From an uncultured Nitrososphaerales archaeon (lineage in GTDB: Archaea; Thermoproteota; Nitrososphaeria; Nitrososphaerales; Nitrososphaeraceae), in assembly GCA_963713605.1 (NCBI GenBank), contig CAVQMO010000001.1:608001-672000 (forward strand): 64,000 nt of DNA. Direction: 5' to 3'. Shown here piece by piece: positions 22,837-34,231 of the stretch (position 1 is the stretch's first letter; each line of letters starts with the position of its first letter). A program made the translations under genes and the position numbers. The notes beneath the pieces are model-generated. The model was given only the letters and a program-made list of their open reading frames with translations. It searched no databases and was not told where the DNA came from.

Positions 22837-24711
22837 TTGGCTTCGATCCTTTCTGAGGGTATCGGATACGTTATACTTCTTGGTGTGGGATTAATAATGG
22901 CAATTGCAGTTACTTTGTTAGTTAGGGTCGAACACAAATGGCTTGGTACAAGAAAAACATTCGAATGGTTTTACACTGCGGTTAGAAATGTAAAGACTGG
23001 ACTCATAGCAGCTTCTCTAGTCTCCGCATCGAGGTGGGTAGCTACCCTTTTGCAATCTTCTACTGTAGCATATCAATTCGGCATTAGTGGGCCATTTTGG
23101 TATGCCGCTGGTGCTAGCATTCAGATGGTCCTCTTTGGTATAGTTGTGATTGAGCTCAAGAGAAAGGCACCGTCATCTCATACCTTTCCAGAGATAATAA
23201 ATGCAAGATTCGGGGCAAGTGCTCATTAGGTCTTCCTTTTCTTCGCGCTTATGACCAATACCATAGTGACAGCCATGCTTGTTCTGGGAGGAGCTGCAGT
23301 TATTAATTCATTGATGGGAGTGAATATCTATCTCGCGTCATTTCTTATCCCCATCGGCGTAATCGCCTTCTTTGGAGGTTTGAAGGCAACCTTCTTCGCA
23401 GAATATCTCATGCTGCGTTCATCTTTGGAGTCGTTCTTGTTTTCGTTACATCAATATATTTTCTGAATCCAGATTTGGGAGGGGTGGAAGGAATGTATGA
23501 AAAATTGAAAGCTGCTTCACTGAGACCCGTCGCCGGTAATTCAGAGGGTGCATATCTAACAATGGCTTCTACGGGTGCGTTGGCGTTTGGAATAATTAAC
23601 ACTGTTGGCAATTTCGGTACCATTTTCGTTGACCACGCGTATTGGCAAAAGGCAATCGCCGCAAGGCCAAGATCAGCTGCGAAGGGTTTTCTTATCGGAG
23701 GTCTAGCATGGTTTGCCATTCCATTTGCGCTAGCCACAACCCTCGGGTTGGCTGCTGTGGCTACCAACGTTTCCCTAACTCCAGAGCAGATCGAGAGCGG
23801 ACTTGTTGCGCCCACCGCCGCGCGTCACTGATCTTGGGAGACGCTGGAGCAATATTACTCTTGTCGGTACTATTCACCGCGGTAACGACCGCAGGTTCAG
23901 CTGAATTGGTGTCGGTATCATCGTTGGTTACCTATGATGTATATCGAACTTATGTCAAACCTTGGGCCACGGGCCGGGAGCTAATGAGAGTATCTCGGTT
24001 TACGATAATCGGCTTTGGTTTAGGTATGGGTATACTCTCATCATTCTTGTTACAATTGGGAGCAAGTGTGCAATACATATATCTGGCAATGGGCATTCTA
24101 ATTGGTCCCGCCGTTGTTCCAATTGCCCTGACTGTTTCATGGAAGAAAACCAACAAAACCGCAGCGATATTGGGATCGATACTTACTGCGGGAGTTTGTT
24201 CCTGGACAACCACGACATGGCTGTTGTACGGCCAGCTATCTATATCCACAACCGGAGAGACGACGCCTCTTCTGATTGGGAACGTTGTCTCTATCTCTGT
24301 AGGAGCTGCAGTCGTAGTTATTGGCAGCTTATTCAGTCCACAAAACTTCAACTTTGATCTGATGAAACAAAAGATCCTCGTAGTCGACGACAGGATCAGA
24401 TCCATCATAGAAAAGGACACCAATGACGACCAACTTAACCTAAATTTACCTACCGGTATGCGATAGCACTCTCTCTTGTACTTGTGGTAGTCTGGCCTCT
24501 TCCACTTTACTTTTCAGGCCATGTATTTTCATTGTTTGTTTATTCGATCTGGGTTGGATTGGCATTTGCATGGGCGAGTATAGCCTGCGGGCATTATTGT
24601 TACCTCTCATTGAATCTAGAGCAGGGATTATTCAAGTATTCAAAAAAATTGCTGGGCTTCTGCCTCTTTAGGACATGGAAAAAGGGAGCACCTGCTTCAG
24701 CAGCAAAATGA
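22837..24711 (+). pseudogene. dur3: Urea active transporter (DUR3, sodium:solute symporter), disrupted
   Basis: TLLQSS, GISGPFWYAAGA, NFGTIFVDHAYWQKAIAA, YDVYRTY motifs over five ORFs; in-frame TAG at 23227-23229 plus several frameshifts. Confidence 0.85.
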
Positions 24712-24748
24712 TTCCCACCTTCGTAATAAATATGGAGAACATAGTGTA

Positions 24749-25165
24749 ATGCAATCTAAGAAAATACTTGTCGCAGTAGATGGATCCCTGGCATCCTTAC
24801 GCGCGTCAAGTTACGCAAATACCTTATTTACCTCTGAATCCAGGTCGAAAATTTACGTAATGCACGTTATGGAGTGGAGCGATGAGGAGGAGGATGAATC
24901 TGTCGATGAAGGTTTAGTAACCCAAATGGAACAAGAGGGAAGAAAAATGTTACGAAGTGCAGCCTTATCGTCAAGGAACCCAGATTGTGAAAGAATAATC
25001 AAACTAGGTGATCCTGCAATTAAAATCGCTGAAATGACTGATAAACTTGAGGTAGACAATATCATAATGGGAACAAAGGGCTTGGGAAGGACAGAGGCGA
25101 GTGTAGGCCATGTAACTGGTAAGGTACTGCGTCCAACGTCCAGACCTACAATACTTATCAAGTAG
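24749..25165 (+). CDS. Universal stress protein (USP) domain
   Basis: KILVAVDGS, GDPA, IIMGTKG, GHVTGKV. Confidence 0.85.
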   Translation: MQSKKILVAVDGSLASLRASSYANTLFTSESRSKIYVMHVMEWSDEEEDESVDEGLVTQMEQEGRKMLRSAALSSRNPDCERIIKLGDPAIKIAEMTDKLEVDNIIMGTKGLGRTEASVGHVTGKVLRPTSRPTILIK

Positions 25166-25215
25166 CATTAATCGTTGTATGGATTGAGCAGCAAGAGTTT
25201 CTTGACGATGCTTTA

Positions 25216-25227
25216 GTCGACGTCGAC
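25216..25227. promoter_or_regulatory. Palindrome GTCGACGTCGAC upstream of the urea channel gene (candidate operator)
   Basis: Perfect 12-bp palindrome, repeated upstream of ureA. Confidence 0.45.
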
Positions 25228-25417
25228 ACATTATCCTGTACCGTACCGCATGCCTACTTTTCTATTAACCTTGGAATCGCGCATTACATTTGTTTCGCTT
25301 CGTTCAACAGTTATGAGACAGGACGTGATCCATAGGCTGCCTTATCTTGGTAACGGCCTTAATAAATATCATTACGGCACAAATTGTTAAAATATACCTT
25401 TACAATTACAATCTAGT

Positions 25418-26624
25418 TTGATAGGCGCATTAGAGGCTTTATTATTCTCTGTGGTAACACTTCAAATAGCGGGTCCGGCTGACTACTCCACTGGAAATCC
25501 AGTAATGGATTTCTTTTACACACTATTTAACGGCATAAGCGAAGTTCCATTGTTCAGCTCCCCAGTCAACGGAATTCTGATTTTGGCTGGTGTCTTCATC
25601 GCGTCAAGATACGCTGGAGCAATGATGGTAATAGCAGGCCTGGTTGGAGCAGGAATGGCTATTCTGCTTGGGGCACCTTACGGGCTAGTTACATTCGGTC
25701 TTTTCGGTTACAACTCAATCTTGACGGGTATGGCCTTCTGGTCAGGTCCATTTACTAAGACTAATAAAGCAACATTTTGGCTCTCAATCTACGGGGCTGC
25801 CGCGACTGCAGTAGTATGGATGGCATTTTCTCATTTGATGGGAGATATGTTCAGCCAGTGCCTTGGACTACCAGAGGCGACGTGCACATCCAATTCATGG
25901 GCTATTCCTGGCTTTACTTCATCATTCATATTCACGACTTGGGCTATGATGTATGCATCACAAAGATATGGGCGTGATATATGGCCTGGTCCGCCACCCC
26001 CACCGAGGACCTGTGAAGCTCATTGCAGCTAGTAGCAACCCTGACACCAAGGATGACTTTAAGTGGACAGCAAAAGAATTCACGGTTGCGACCTTGAAGG
26101 GCGTCTCTCAAGTTACGTTTGTTGAGAACTGGAAGACAGGTCTTTTCTGGGTTATAGGACTTACCTTGGCATTTGAACTTGCTCCCCTGGTAGACGTCAA
26201 TGGCGACCCAATGAATCAAGGTCGTCCTTGGTGGACTAATGGCTACACAGCAGGATGGAATCCTTTGTCTCCCCTGTATCTGGGAGGAGTAATGGCTCTT
26301 ATCGGATCAGCAATAGGAGCGGCGTGCGCAATCCTAACGAAAATACCTACTGCCGAGATTAGATTAGGCCTTCATGGGTTTAACCAAGTATTGGTCATGA
26401 TAGCTCTGACTAGTTTCCTGCCGCTGACCTGGCAGTCTTTCCTGATTGCTGTCTTCATGACTGTGGCTTGTTCGCTCTTTGTGATGCCTGCCTTGCAGCG
26501 CTTCTTTGGTATGTGGGGCCTGCCTGCATTGACCGGACCTTTCGTTTTCACTGCATGGGTCGCGCTGTTGGGAATATCAGGGTTCGAGAACATTCCTGCA
26601 GGCGCTGGTTGGTCACGTCCTTAG
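25418..26624 (+). CDS. Urea transporter (UT/Yut channel family), frameshift near 26000
   Basis: Two homologous halves: NGISEV/KGVSQV, GLFGYNSIL/GLHGFNQVL, IPGFTSSF/LPALTGPF. Confidence 0.85.
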
Positions 26625-26736
26625 ATCGATAGGAGGTTGCGAGCCCGAATACTCCTATTTTTCTTTTATTTTAATTGATAGTCTAGTTTATTGATACCTT
26701 TACATATATGCTAGGTGTTAGCCGTTTATAATCAGA

Positions 26737-27322
26737 TTGGAGCCCGAACAATTTCGAGAGTTTTTGAAGTATTCGAAGGCAAGATTGGAAGGACTTACTG
26801 ATCCTGAAAAAATACAATTGTTTATGGATTGGTGCAACAGGAAGGGCCTGGAAGAACTTATGTTGCGCCTCAGCTCCGAATCAAGGGGTGGATGGGGAGA
26901 AAACACTTTCCTCGATTTTACTACAAAAAGAATAATTGTAAGCAAAAAGGAGTTTTTTAGGAAATTTCTGGATTTGGGCTACGTTGCTGGAATGGCTCCC
27001 TATCCTTACCTCATTTTGAGCAAGAAAATTAAGAATTCAGACATCATGAAAAAGTCAGCCTCTATAGACGTTAATTCAATTTCGCAAAGAGCTCAGAGTT
27101 TCTATGTATGGTATGATGACGTAAAGCTTCTTGAAATTCGAAAAGGTACCGAGACTATCGTCCACAACATGATGGGATCAATGATTCAAACAAATTTTCT
27201 TACGTTCACGACTAGCGAGAGGACTTATGATTTCAAGCTCGCCTACAAAGAAGGACGGTCACTTTGATAGAATTTTTTTTTGGCTAGATTCGGTGATTCC
27301 GGTTAAAGTAGTTAAATCGTAA
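26737..27322 (+). CDS. Hypothetical protein upstream of urease, frameshift near 27240
   Basis: 176-aa ORF; another frame continues PTKKDGHFDR...VIPVKVVKS* (a homopolymer run near 27275 makes the tail uncertain). Confidence 0.6.
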
Positions 27323-27343
27323 GAAACACCTAACACAAGTAGG

Positions 27344-27378
27344 CGACAACAACATTAGATGTTATTGTCGACGTCGAC
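27344..27378. promoter_or_regulatory. Inverted repeat plus GTCGACGTCGAC palindrome upstream of ureA
   Basis: CGACAACAACAT-tag-ATGTTATTGTCG (1 mismatch) overlapping the palindrome at 27367-27378; TATA-like TTAAATA near 27430. Confidence 0.5.
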
Positions 27379-27473
27379 TTAACTCTAAACCAATTTAGGT
27401 TGCTGAATATCTGCGGATTTTTTTTAGACTTAAATATTTCAAGCATTTAGTAGTAAATGAGGTATTTGGAAAT

Positions 27474-27776
27474 ATGATGTTAGCACCTAGAGAGGTGGAT
27501 AAAATGATGATCTGGACAGCTGCTCAGATCGCGAAAGCAAGGAAGGAGAGGGGCGTGAAATTGAATTATCCTGAGACCGTGGCCTATATTGCAGATCATG
27601 TTGTGGAAGGGGCAAGGGACGGGAAGAGTGTTGCCGAGTTGATGAAGTCTGCAAGAACTATATTGAAAAAGGCAGACGTGATGTCAGGCATTCCTGATAT
27701 GATACACACAGTACAAGTAGAATGCACCTTTCCTGATGGCACAAAATTGGTAACCGTTCATGACCCAGTTCAGTAG
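27474..27776 (+). CDS. ureA: Urease subunit gamma
   Basis: [25 protein letters not shown]. Confidence 0.97.
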   Translation: MMLAPREVDKMMIWTAAQIAKARKERGVKLNYPETVAYIADHVVEGARDGKSVAELMKSARTILKKADVMSGIPDMIHTVQVECTFPDGTKLVTVHDPVQ

Positions 27777-27862
27777 GCGGCGATGATATGAATGATAAAG
27801 AAGACAAAGACCAAATCCGTAATTAAAAAAAACAAAATACAAGAAAGGAGGTATCTAAAGTA

Positions 27863-28231
27863 ATGATTGCTGGAGAATATGTTCTGCGTTCAGAACCAGT
27901 TTTGTGTAATGAAAACAGAAAAACTGTCAAATTAAAGGTCAAGAATACAGGTGATAGGCCATGCCAAATAGGATCACATACTCATTTCTTTGAAGTTAAC
28001 AAGGCGTTGGATTTCCCCCGAGAGAAAGCATATGGGTATAGATTGAACATACCTGCTGGAACAGGTGTTAGATTTGAACCAGGTGACGAGAAGGATGTAG
28101 AGCTTTGTGAAATTAGTGGAGCAAGAATTGTCTATGGTTTCAATGGTCTCACAATGGGTGGGCTTAGATCCACTCATATAAAGCGCGCGGCCCTAGAAAA
28201 GGCTAAGGCGGCAGGATTTAAAGGAGCATAG
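27863..28231 (+). CDS. ureB: Urease subunit beta
   Basis: NTGDRPCQIGSHTHFFEVN, RLNIPAGTGVRFEPG; GGAGGT RBS. Confidence 0.97.
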   Translation: MIAGEYVLRSEPVLCNENRKTVKLKVKNTGDRPCQIGSHTHFFEVNKALDFPREKAYGYRLNIPAGTGVRFEPGDEKDVELCEISGARIVYGFNGLTMGGLRSTHIKRAALEKAKAAGFKGA

Positions 28232-28246
28232 AGGAGAGAGTGGGTA

Positions 28247-29974
28247 ATGGTTCTTAAATTAACCCGGAAACAGTATTCGGACCTGTTTGGCCCGACTACC
28301 GGAGACAAGATAAGACTTGGAGACTCGGAGTTATTTATTGAAATAGAGAAGGACTTGATAACTCCAGGCGATGAATGTGTATTCGGTGGAGGAAAAACAC
28401 TTAGAGATGGTTTATCGCAGACTTCAGGGATTACCAGTGCCAATGGAGCCCTCGATTATCTCATTACAAACGCAGTGATACTTGATCCTGTACAAGGAAT
28501 TGTAAAAGCAGATGTAGGAATAAAAGATGGCAAGATCGCAGGAATTGGGAATTCAGGCAACCCATACACTCAGGATAAAGTGGATCCCCATTTGATCGTC
28601 TCTGCATGTACAGAGGCTACTGCAGGTGAACATACGATTATCACAGCAGGTCATTTTGACACACACATTCACATGATCTCCCCACAGCAGTATATTGATG
28701 GAATAAGCAATGGAATCTGCAATATGATAGGCGGAGGAACAGGTCCTGCCGATGGGACAAATGCTACTACATGCACTCCAGGAACCTTCAATATCAGCAG
28801 AATGATGGAGGCTGTCGAAGACACACCGATGAACTGGGGATTTTTGGGAAAGGGAAATGATTCTCATCCATCCTTAGCTACATTAATAGAACAGATTGAG
28901 GCAGGAGCCTGTGGACTCAAGGATCATGAAGACTGGGGAACTACAAACACCGTTCTTGATGCCTCTCTTCGAGCCTGTGATGCAACCGATACTCAGCTAG
29001 CGATCCACACAGATTCTATAAATGAATGTGCCTACGTAGAGGACACTATAGACGCGATTGACGGAAGAACATTGCACACGTATCATACAGAAGGTGCAGG
29101 AGGAGGACATGCTCCTGATATAATGAAAATTGCAGGTGAACATTTCGCCCTGCCATCATCAACGAATCCAACAAGACCATATACTGTCAATACTGTTGAC
29201 GAACATTTGGATATGCTCATGTTCTGTCATCATCTTAATCCTGCAGTAGCAGAAGATGTAGCATTCGCAGAGTCTAGAATTAGAGCCGAGACCATTGCGG
29301 CAGAAGACGTATTACATGATGAAGGTGTCCTAAGCATGTATTCATCAGATAGCCAGGCTATGGGTCGAATAGGTGAAGTGGTAATCAGAGCATGGCAGAC
29401 TGCTGACAAAATGAAGAAAATGAAGGGCAAATTAAAGGAAGAGACTGGTGATAACGACAATATGAGAGCGAAAAGATACATCGCCAAGACTACCATAAAT
29501 CCTGCAATAACCCATGGTGTGTCTGAATATCTAGGCTCATTGGAAGTAGGAAAATATGCAGACATAGTCATGTATAACACGGCGTTCTTCCCTGCAAAAC
29601 CAAAGATGGTCTTCAAGGGAGGATTCATAGCCTGGTCAATTATGGGAGACCCCAATGCTTCGTTACCTACACCAGAACCTGTGTACTATAGGCCAATGTT
29701 TGGAGCCCTCGGAAGAGCAGTAAAGAAGACCTGCTTTACTTTCACTTCAAAGGCAGCTGTCAGCATGGGAGTTCCAGAGAAGCTGGGTCTGGAGAAAATA
29801 ATACTTCCCGTAAAGAAATGCAGAACTATTAGCAAGGCAGATATGGTGTGGAACGACAAGACTCCTGAAATTACGATCGACCCTGAAACATATGAGGTAA
29901 AGCTAGACGGCAAAATTGCTACCGTGGATCCAGCCAAAGAGTTATCATCCGCACAGAGATACTTTATGGCGTAA
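28247..29974 (+). CDS. ureC: Urease subunit alpha
   Basis: Ni-site motifs [35 protein letters not shown] flap, SSDSQAMGR. Confidence 0.98.
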   Translation: MVLKLTRKQYSDLFGPTTGDKIRLGDSELFIEIEKDLITPGDECVFGGGKTLRDGLSQTSGITSANGALDYLITNAVILDPVQGIVKADVGIKDGKIAGIGNSGNPYTQDKVDPHLIVSACTEATAGEHTIITAGHFDTHIHMISPQQYIDGISNGICNMIGGGTGPADGTNATTCTPGTFNISRMMEAVEDTPMNWGFLGKGNDSHPSLATLIEQIEAGACGLKDHEDWGTTNTVLDASLRACDATDTQLAIHTDSINECAYVEDTIDAIDGRTLHTYHTEGAGGGHAPDIMKIAGEHFALPSSTNPTRPYTVNTVDEHLDMLMFCHHLNPAVAEDVAFAESRIRAETIAAEDVLHDEGVLSMYSSDSQAMGRIGEVVIRAWQTADKMKKMKGKLKEETGDNDNMRAKRYIAKTTINPAITHGVSEYLGSLEVGKYADIVMYNTAFFPAKPKMVFKGGFIAWSIMGDPNASLPTPEPVYYRPMFGALGRAVKKTCFTFTSKAAVSMGVPEKLGLEKIILPVKKCRTISKADMVWNDKTPEITIDPETYEVKLDGKIATVDPAKELSSAQRYFMA

Positions 29975-29990
29975 AAGAATGTCGTAAAGT

Positions 29991-30005
29991 CCTTTTTTAT
30001 TTTTT
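29991..30005 (+). terminator. T-rich archaeal terminator-like tract after ureC
   Basis: CCTTTTTTATTTTTT about 17 nt after the stop codon. Confidence 0.4.
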
Positions 30006-30119
30006 AGCTACAGTATAGAGAACCCGATAAAAGGGTAGCGGTAGTTGCGATCCTAACTACTGGTTTTTTAGAGGTGACATTTGACCTCAATCTTTATTTC
30101 TTGCTTGTGAAGATAGTGC

Positions 30120-31703
30120 TTGATGTCGAATCCTAATTTTGGCGTATGGAGACCTATGGCCGAGAGTGTAGAATTCAACGCACTAGAATCAAATTCCAAT
30201 GCTGTTACTGCTGTAGCAGATACTGTGAGAACAACTTTGGGACCTAAAGGGTTAGATAAGCTCTTGATAGATCAAGCTATGAATCGCCACATTTCTAACG
30301 ATGGGGTTACTATTCTCCTTTCTTTGCGTGCAATCCACCCGGTGGCACGAATGATAGTTGAAATAGCAGAAAGACAAGAACAACTAGTTGGAGACGGCAC
30401 AACTACCGCAGTGGTTATGGCTGCTGAGATGATCAAAGAAGGAAAAAGGTTAGTGAAGGAGCTGGGAGTACATCCCACAAAAGTTGTTGAGGGAATAGAT
30501 AGTGGAGTTAAACACGCATGCGATCTATTGCGAGAAGAGACAAGGTCCATTTCCATTTCAGATCTAGGACTTGAACAAGTGGTCAGGACATCTCTTTCTT
30601 CAAAACTAGACGGATTAAAACTTTCAAGGCTTGTGATATCTGCCTTGAGAACGGTTGGTGATAATGCGAGGTATCATAATCAGTATGATTTTGACAAGTC
30701 TATAATAGTAATCAGACGTACGAACATGGGCGATGCTGTTGTCAATGGCATAGTTTTGGAACGGAAGAAGATAGATCCTGAAATGCCTACGGAAGTGAAG
30801 GAAGCAAAGATCTTGATGGTAAAAATGGATTTAAAACCAGTCAAGGAATCGTGGTTAAAGGAAGGAAGTAAATACGATGAAATCTTAAGTATGGAAAAGG
30901 ATAGAGTATCAAAATCAAAAGAAATAGTAGACAAATTAGTATCCACCGGAGCAAATACAATTCTAATAGCATCCACAGAAGTCGATCAAGTGATTGAAGA
31001 TTTGTTAGTTGCAAGAAAAATATTTGCAGTGAAAATCTCAACGGAGGAGATTGAGTATGTATCACGGTACACCAAAGCAAAACCAATTAGAATGATTGAG
31101 GAGCTGACCAGCACAGGGAATTTTGAAAGAGGTGACGAGCAATTATTAGGATATGCAGATGTAGTAAGGGAAGATGAAGAAAATGCGGTAGTATACATTG
31201 AAAATGGTGCAGGTAAGAATATCGTAACTATGATAGTTTCAGGTTCGACCAAGGAAACATCTCTTGAGCGCTGGAGAGCTGCAATTGATGGAGTAAATGC
31301 TGCGGAAGCGGCTCTTAACGAAGGCGTGGTTGCAGGTGGGGGGTCGGCAGAGCTGCATGTTATCGATAAGGTGAAAAAACTAAGGCTTAAGGGGCTTGAA
31401 CAGGTTGGACTTGAGGTTGTTATCTCGGCCCTTGAAAGCATAATGCGACAGATTCTAACAAATGCAGGCTATAACGGATTAGAAAAAGTAATGGCTGCAA
31501 AAGCCTCGCCGTCTGGCTTCGGGATAGATATAGACTCCGGTGAACCAGTTGATATGTGGAAAAGGGGGATACTAGATCCTTTAAAGGTTAAGACAATGGC
31601 GCTTGAAGCTGCTGCCGAGATCTCGAAATCGGTTCTCCGAATTGACAGGAATTTGGCCGCTGAAGATTTAAGTCCTCAATCACTCTCTGATTCGAGGAGA
31701 TAG
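30120..31703 (+). CDS. Divergent group II chaperonin (thermosome/TCP-1 family) inside the urease cluster
   Basis: [41 protein letters not shown]. Confidence 0.92.
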   Translation: MMSNPNFGVWRPMAESVEFNALESNSNAVTAVADTVRTTLGPKGLDKLLIDQAMNRHISNDGVTILLSLRAIHPVARMIVEIAERQEQLVGDGTTTAVVMAAEMIKEGKRLVKELGVHPTKVVEGIDSGVKHACDLLREETRSISISDLGLEQVVRTSLSSKLDGLKLSRLVISALRTVGDNARYHNQYDFDKSIIVIRRTNMGDAVVNGIVLERKKIDPEMPTEVKEAKILMVKMDLKPVKESWLKEGSKYDEILSMEKDRVSKSKEIVDKLVSTGANTILIASTEVDQVIEDLLVARKIFAVKISTEEIEYVSRYTKAKPIRMIEELTSTGNFERGDEQLLGYADVVREDEENAVVYIENGAGKNIVTMIVSGSTKETSLERWRAAIDGVNAAEAALNEGVVAGGGSAELHVIDKVKKLRLKGLEQVGLEVVISALESIMRQILTNAGYNGLEKVMAAKASPSGFGIDIDSGEPVDMWKRGILDPLKVKTMALEAAAEISKSVLRIDRNLAAEDLSPQSLSDSRR

Positions 31704-32132
31704 GTGAGAAATTCAATTATGATAATACGTCACTGTGTCGAGAAAACCAATATAGACGAAAACTATTTGGTAATAGATCCTACTCTGATAAAGCATGTGA
31801 TAGTATCTGGTGGCAAGATCCACTCGATGTCTGGACTTATCGATCCAACATCACATCTAAATGTTGATTATTCTCTGCATAAAGTAACGAAATGCATTAT
31901 CGCTGAAAAATTTGAAATAGGAGCTCCAGTCAAGATAGAAGACAATGGGTTGGTTTTTGCACTAGTTGGTCAGTCATCATATGGTCATTATGGCAAGGTT
32001 GATTATACTCAGAGATTGACAGATATGATAGATAAGGTAAAGGAGATGGAAAAAAACAATGTATCCCCAACTGAGCCTGTCCAAACTTCGGCCTCAATTT
32101 CGAATAACGTAAATACCGACTCGTTGGAATGA
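31704..32132 (+). CDS. Hypothetical protein directly abutting the chaperonin gene
   Basis: GTG immediately follows the chaperonin TAG; 142-aa protein-like ORF. Confidence 0.7.
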   Translation: MRNSIMIIRHCVEKTNIDENYLVIDPTLIKHVIVSGGKIHSMSGLIDPTSHLNVDYSLHKVTKCIIAEKFEIGAPVKIEDNGLVFALVGQSSYGHYGKVDYTQRLTDMIDKVKEMEKNNVSPTEPVQTSASISNNVNTDSLE

Positions 32133-32161
32133 AACAGAGGTACAGGGAAAGGTAGAGCAAA

Positions 32162-32695
32162 TTGACAATGCTAACTATCGATCGTATTATTGGTAATATA
32201 TACAACGATGATCATTTAATGGCTACTTTTAAGGGGTTTGTTTCAAAACAGCAAGATGAAACTTTTCTGATTAGTAGAACAGAATCTCAGAGACAACGAA
32301 TGAGAAAAGTCTCAAATAAAGGAACAGACATCGCTTTGAACTTTCATTCTGGCAGCCAGCATCTGAGACATGGCGATGTACTTCTCTTAAATGATAACCA
32401 AATTGTAGTTGTTGAAATAGAACCAGAAAATGTACTACAAGTAGAGATCCTTAAAGATACATTTATAGGCAATACTGAAAGTCTAATTCAAATTCCTGTT
32501 CAAATTGGCCATACAATTGGAAATCTTCATAGACCAATCCGACTTGATGGGTCTAGAATATATTTCCCAATTCAGTCCCAATCTGAAATTGAGATGTTTA
32601 GAAAATTGTTTCATCCCTTGCATCACCATATAGAGATCCAAAGTAAAAAGATTGTTTTTGAACCCAACGAGACCATGAATGTGCATGAGCATTAG
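32162..32695 (+). CDS. ureE: Urease accessory nickel chaperone UreE
   Basis: LRHGDVL, GHTIGNLH, His-containing C-terminus (HPLHHH..VHEH). Confidence 0.9.
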   Translation: MTMLTIDRIIGNIYNDDHLMATFKGFVSKQQDETFLISRTESQRQRMRKVSNKGTDIALNFHSGSQHLRHGDVLLLNDNQIVVVEIEPENVLQVEILKDTFIGNTESLIQIPVQIGHTIGNLHRPIRLDGSRIYFPIQSQSEIEMFRKLFHPLHHHIEIQSKKIVFEPNETMNVHEH

Positions 32696-32721
32696 AAGAT
32701 TAAGGAAATAGTGATTGATTT

Positions 32722-33479
32722 TTGAGCCATAAAAATAGGATCGAAAACACAGACCCCGAATTGAAGAATTATGATTTTGAACTGAGACCAGAGGATATAG
32801 GGCTATTACAATTGTCAGATTCATTCTTTCCTACAGGGATGTACACAATGTCAAATGGACTAGAAGCTCTATTTTACGGTAACAGAAAGTCGATGAGCTA
32901 ATCCGATGGACCTGCTCAGTCTCTTGAAGGTGTATATAGAGAATCAAATTGGGCCCGCTGATTGCACCGCATTGGGAGCTGCCTATGAACAGATTGTCAA
33001 AAACAATCTCCCTAAACTAATTGAGGTAGATAATATCATTTTTTCAATGAAGCTAATAGAAGAGATTAGAAATGCGTCATCTAGGTCAGGAACCCAATTG
33101 CTACGATGTGTAGGATCATTTGTCACTGAACATCCTATGATGAATGGCTACCTGAAAGCCGTTTCTTCAAAGAAAGCCACAGGTGTATTTCCGGTCGCCT
33201 TAGCAGTGTCAGCTCATAGCCTTGGGATCCCCAGAAATAAGGCTGCGCTAATCATGCTGTATGGATTCACAGTGAGTATGGTCGGAGCAGCCCTAAGACT
33301 GGGGGTGTTGCAACATTTTGACGGTCAGATGATCATACATCAATTGAGAAACACACTTGTGAGTACAGATTAGATCCAATATAGACAGACCATTGATAGG
33401 CATATGGCAATTTGCACCAGGTATAGATCTGATACAAATTTCACATGAGAATATGCAGTCAAAAATGTTTATAACCTAA
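32722..33479 (+). CDS. ureF: Urease accessory protein UreF, two frameshifts (near 32900 and 33365)
   Basis: LLQLSDSFFPTGMYTMSNGLE upstream of the ORF; SGTQLL; C-terminal HENMQSKMFIT*. Confidence 0.88.
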
Positions 33480-33497
33480 ATCCTTAGTACAATTTTT

Positions 33498-34163
33498 ATG
33501 AGTTCTGAAAGGATCCCTCGTGTGGGAGTAGGTGGGCCAGTAGGTTCGGGGAAAACGATGCTCATAGAGCAAGTTGTACCACTTTTGTCTGCCAAAGGTT
33601 ACAATATTGGTATAATATCAAATGATGTTGTATCTAAGGAAGATGCAGATAGGATGAGGAAAAATTTGGCGACTGAGAGAGGCTTAATGCCGGAAGATCT
33701 CGTTATCGGTTTGGCTACAGGCGGATGTCCACATACAGCTGTTAGGGAAGACCCATCTATGAACTTGTCAGTAGTTGAAGAGATGGAAACTAAGCACGGG
33801 GATTTGGACCTGATTATAATAGAGAGTGGGGGAGACAATATTACAACTACATTTAGTCCTGCTCTAGCAGACTACTTTATTTATATAATAGATGTAACAG
33901 GCGGAGATAAATATCCAAGAAAAAGAGGGCTTGGAATTGAGACATGCGACCTACTGGTAATTAATAAGATCGATATTGCCCCGATCGTCGGGGCAGATCT
34001 GAGTATAATGGAGAGAGACGCTAAGATCGTCAGAGGAGACAAACCTTATGTTTTTGTCAATTCAAAGAAAGGACAAGGAGTTGAAGAAGTGGCAAATCAG
34101 ATTACAAAATACGTCCTCTTTGATCAGCCACCAAGAGCTATTACTCCAAAGGCGAATCGGTAA
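33498..34163 (+). CDS. ureG: Urease accessory GTPase UreG
   Basis: GPVGSGKT, TGGCPH, ESGGDN, NKID. Confidence 0.97.
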   Translation: MSSERIPRVGVGGPVGSGKTMLIEQVVPLLSAKGYNIGIISNDVVSKEDADRMRKNLATERGLMPEDLVIGLATGGCPHTAVREDPSMNLSVVEEMETKHGDLDLIIIESGGDNITTTFSPALADYFIYIIDVTGGDKYPRKRGLGIETCDLLVINKIDIAPIVGADLSIMERDAKIVRGDKPYVFVNSKKGQGVEEVANQITKYVLFDQPPRAITPKANR

Positions 34164-34231
34164 ATGCTTGTGAGGTAACGGTCGATAATACAACAATATG
34201 TTTCTTACTTAATACTGGGTGATTTTGTTCC

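Noticed and set aside
28553..31441. Antisense ORFs over ureC and the chaperonin (and similar shadow ORFs elsewhere)
   Set aside because: Shadows of well-supported opposite-strand genes, with no motifs of their own
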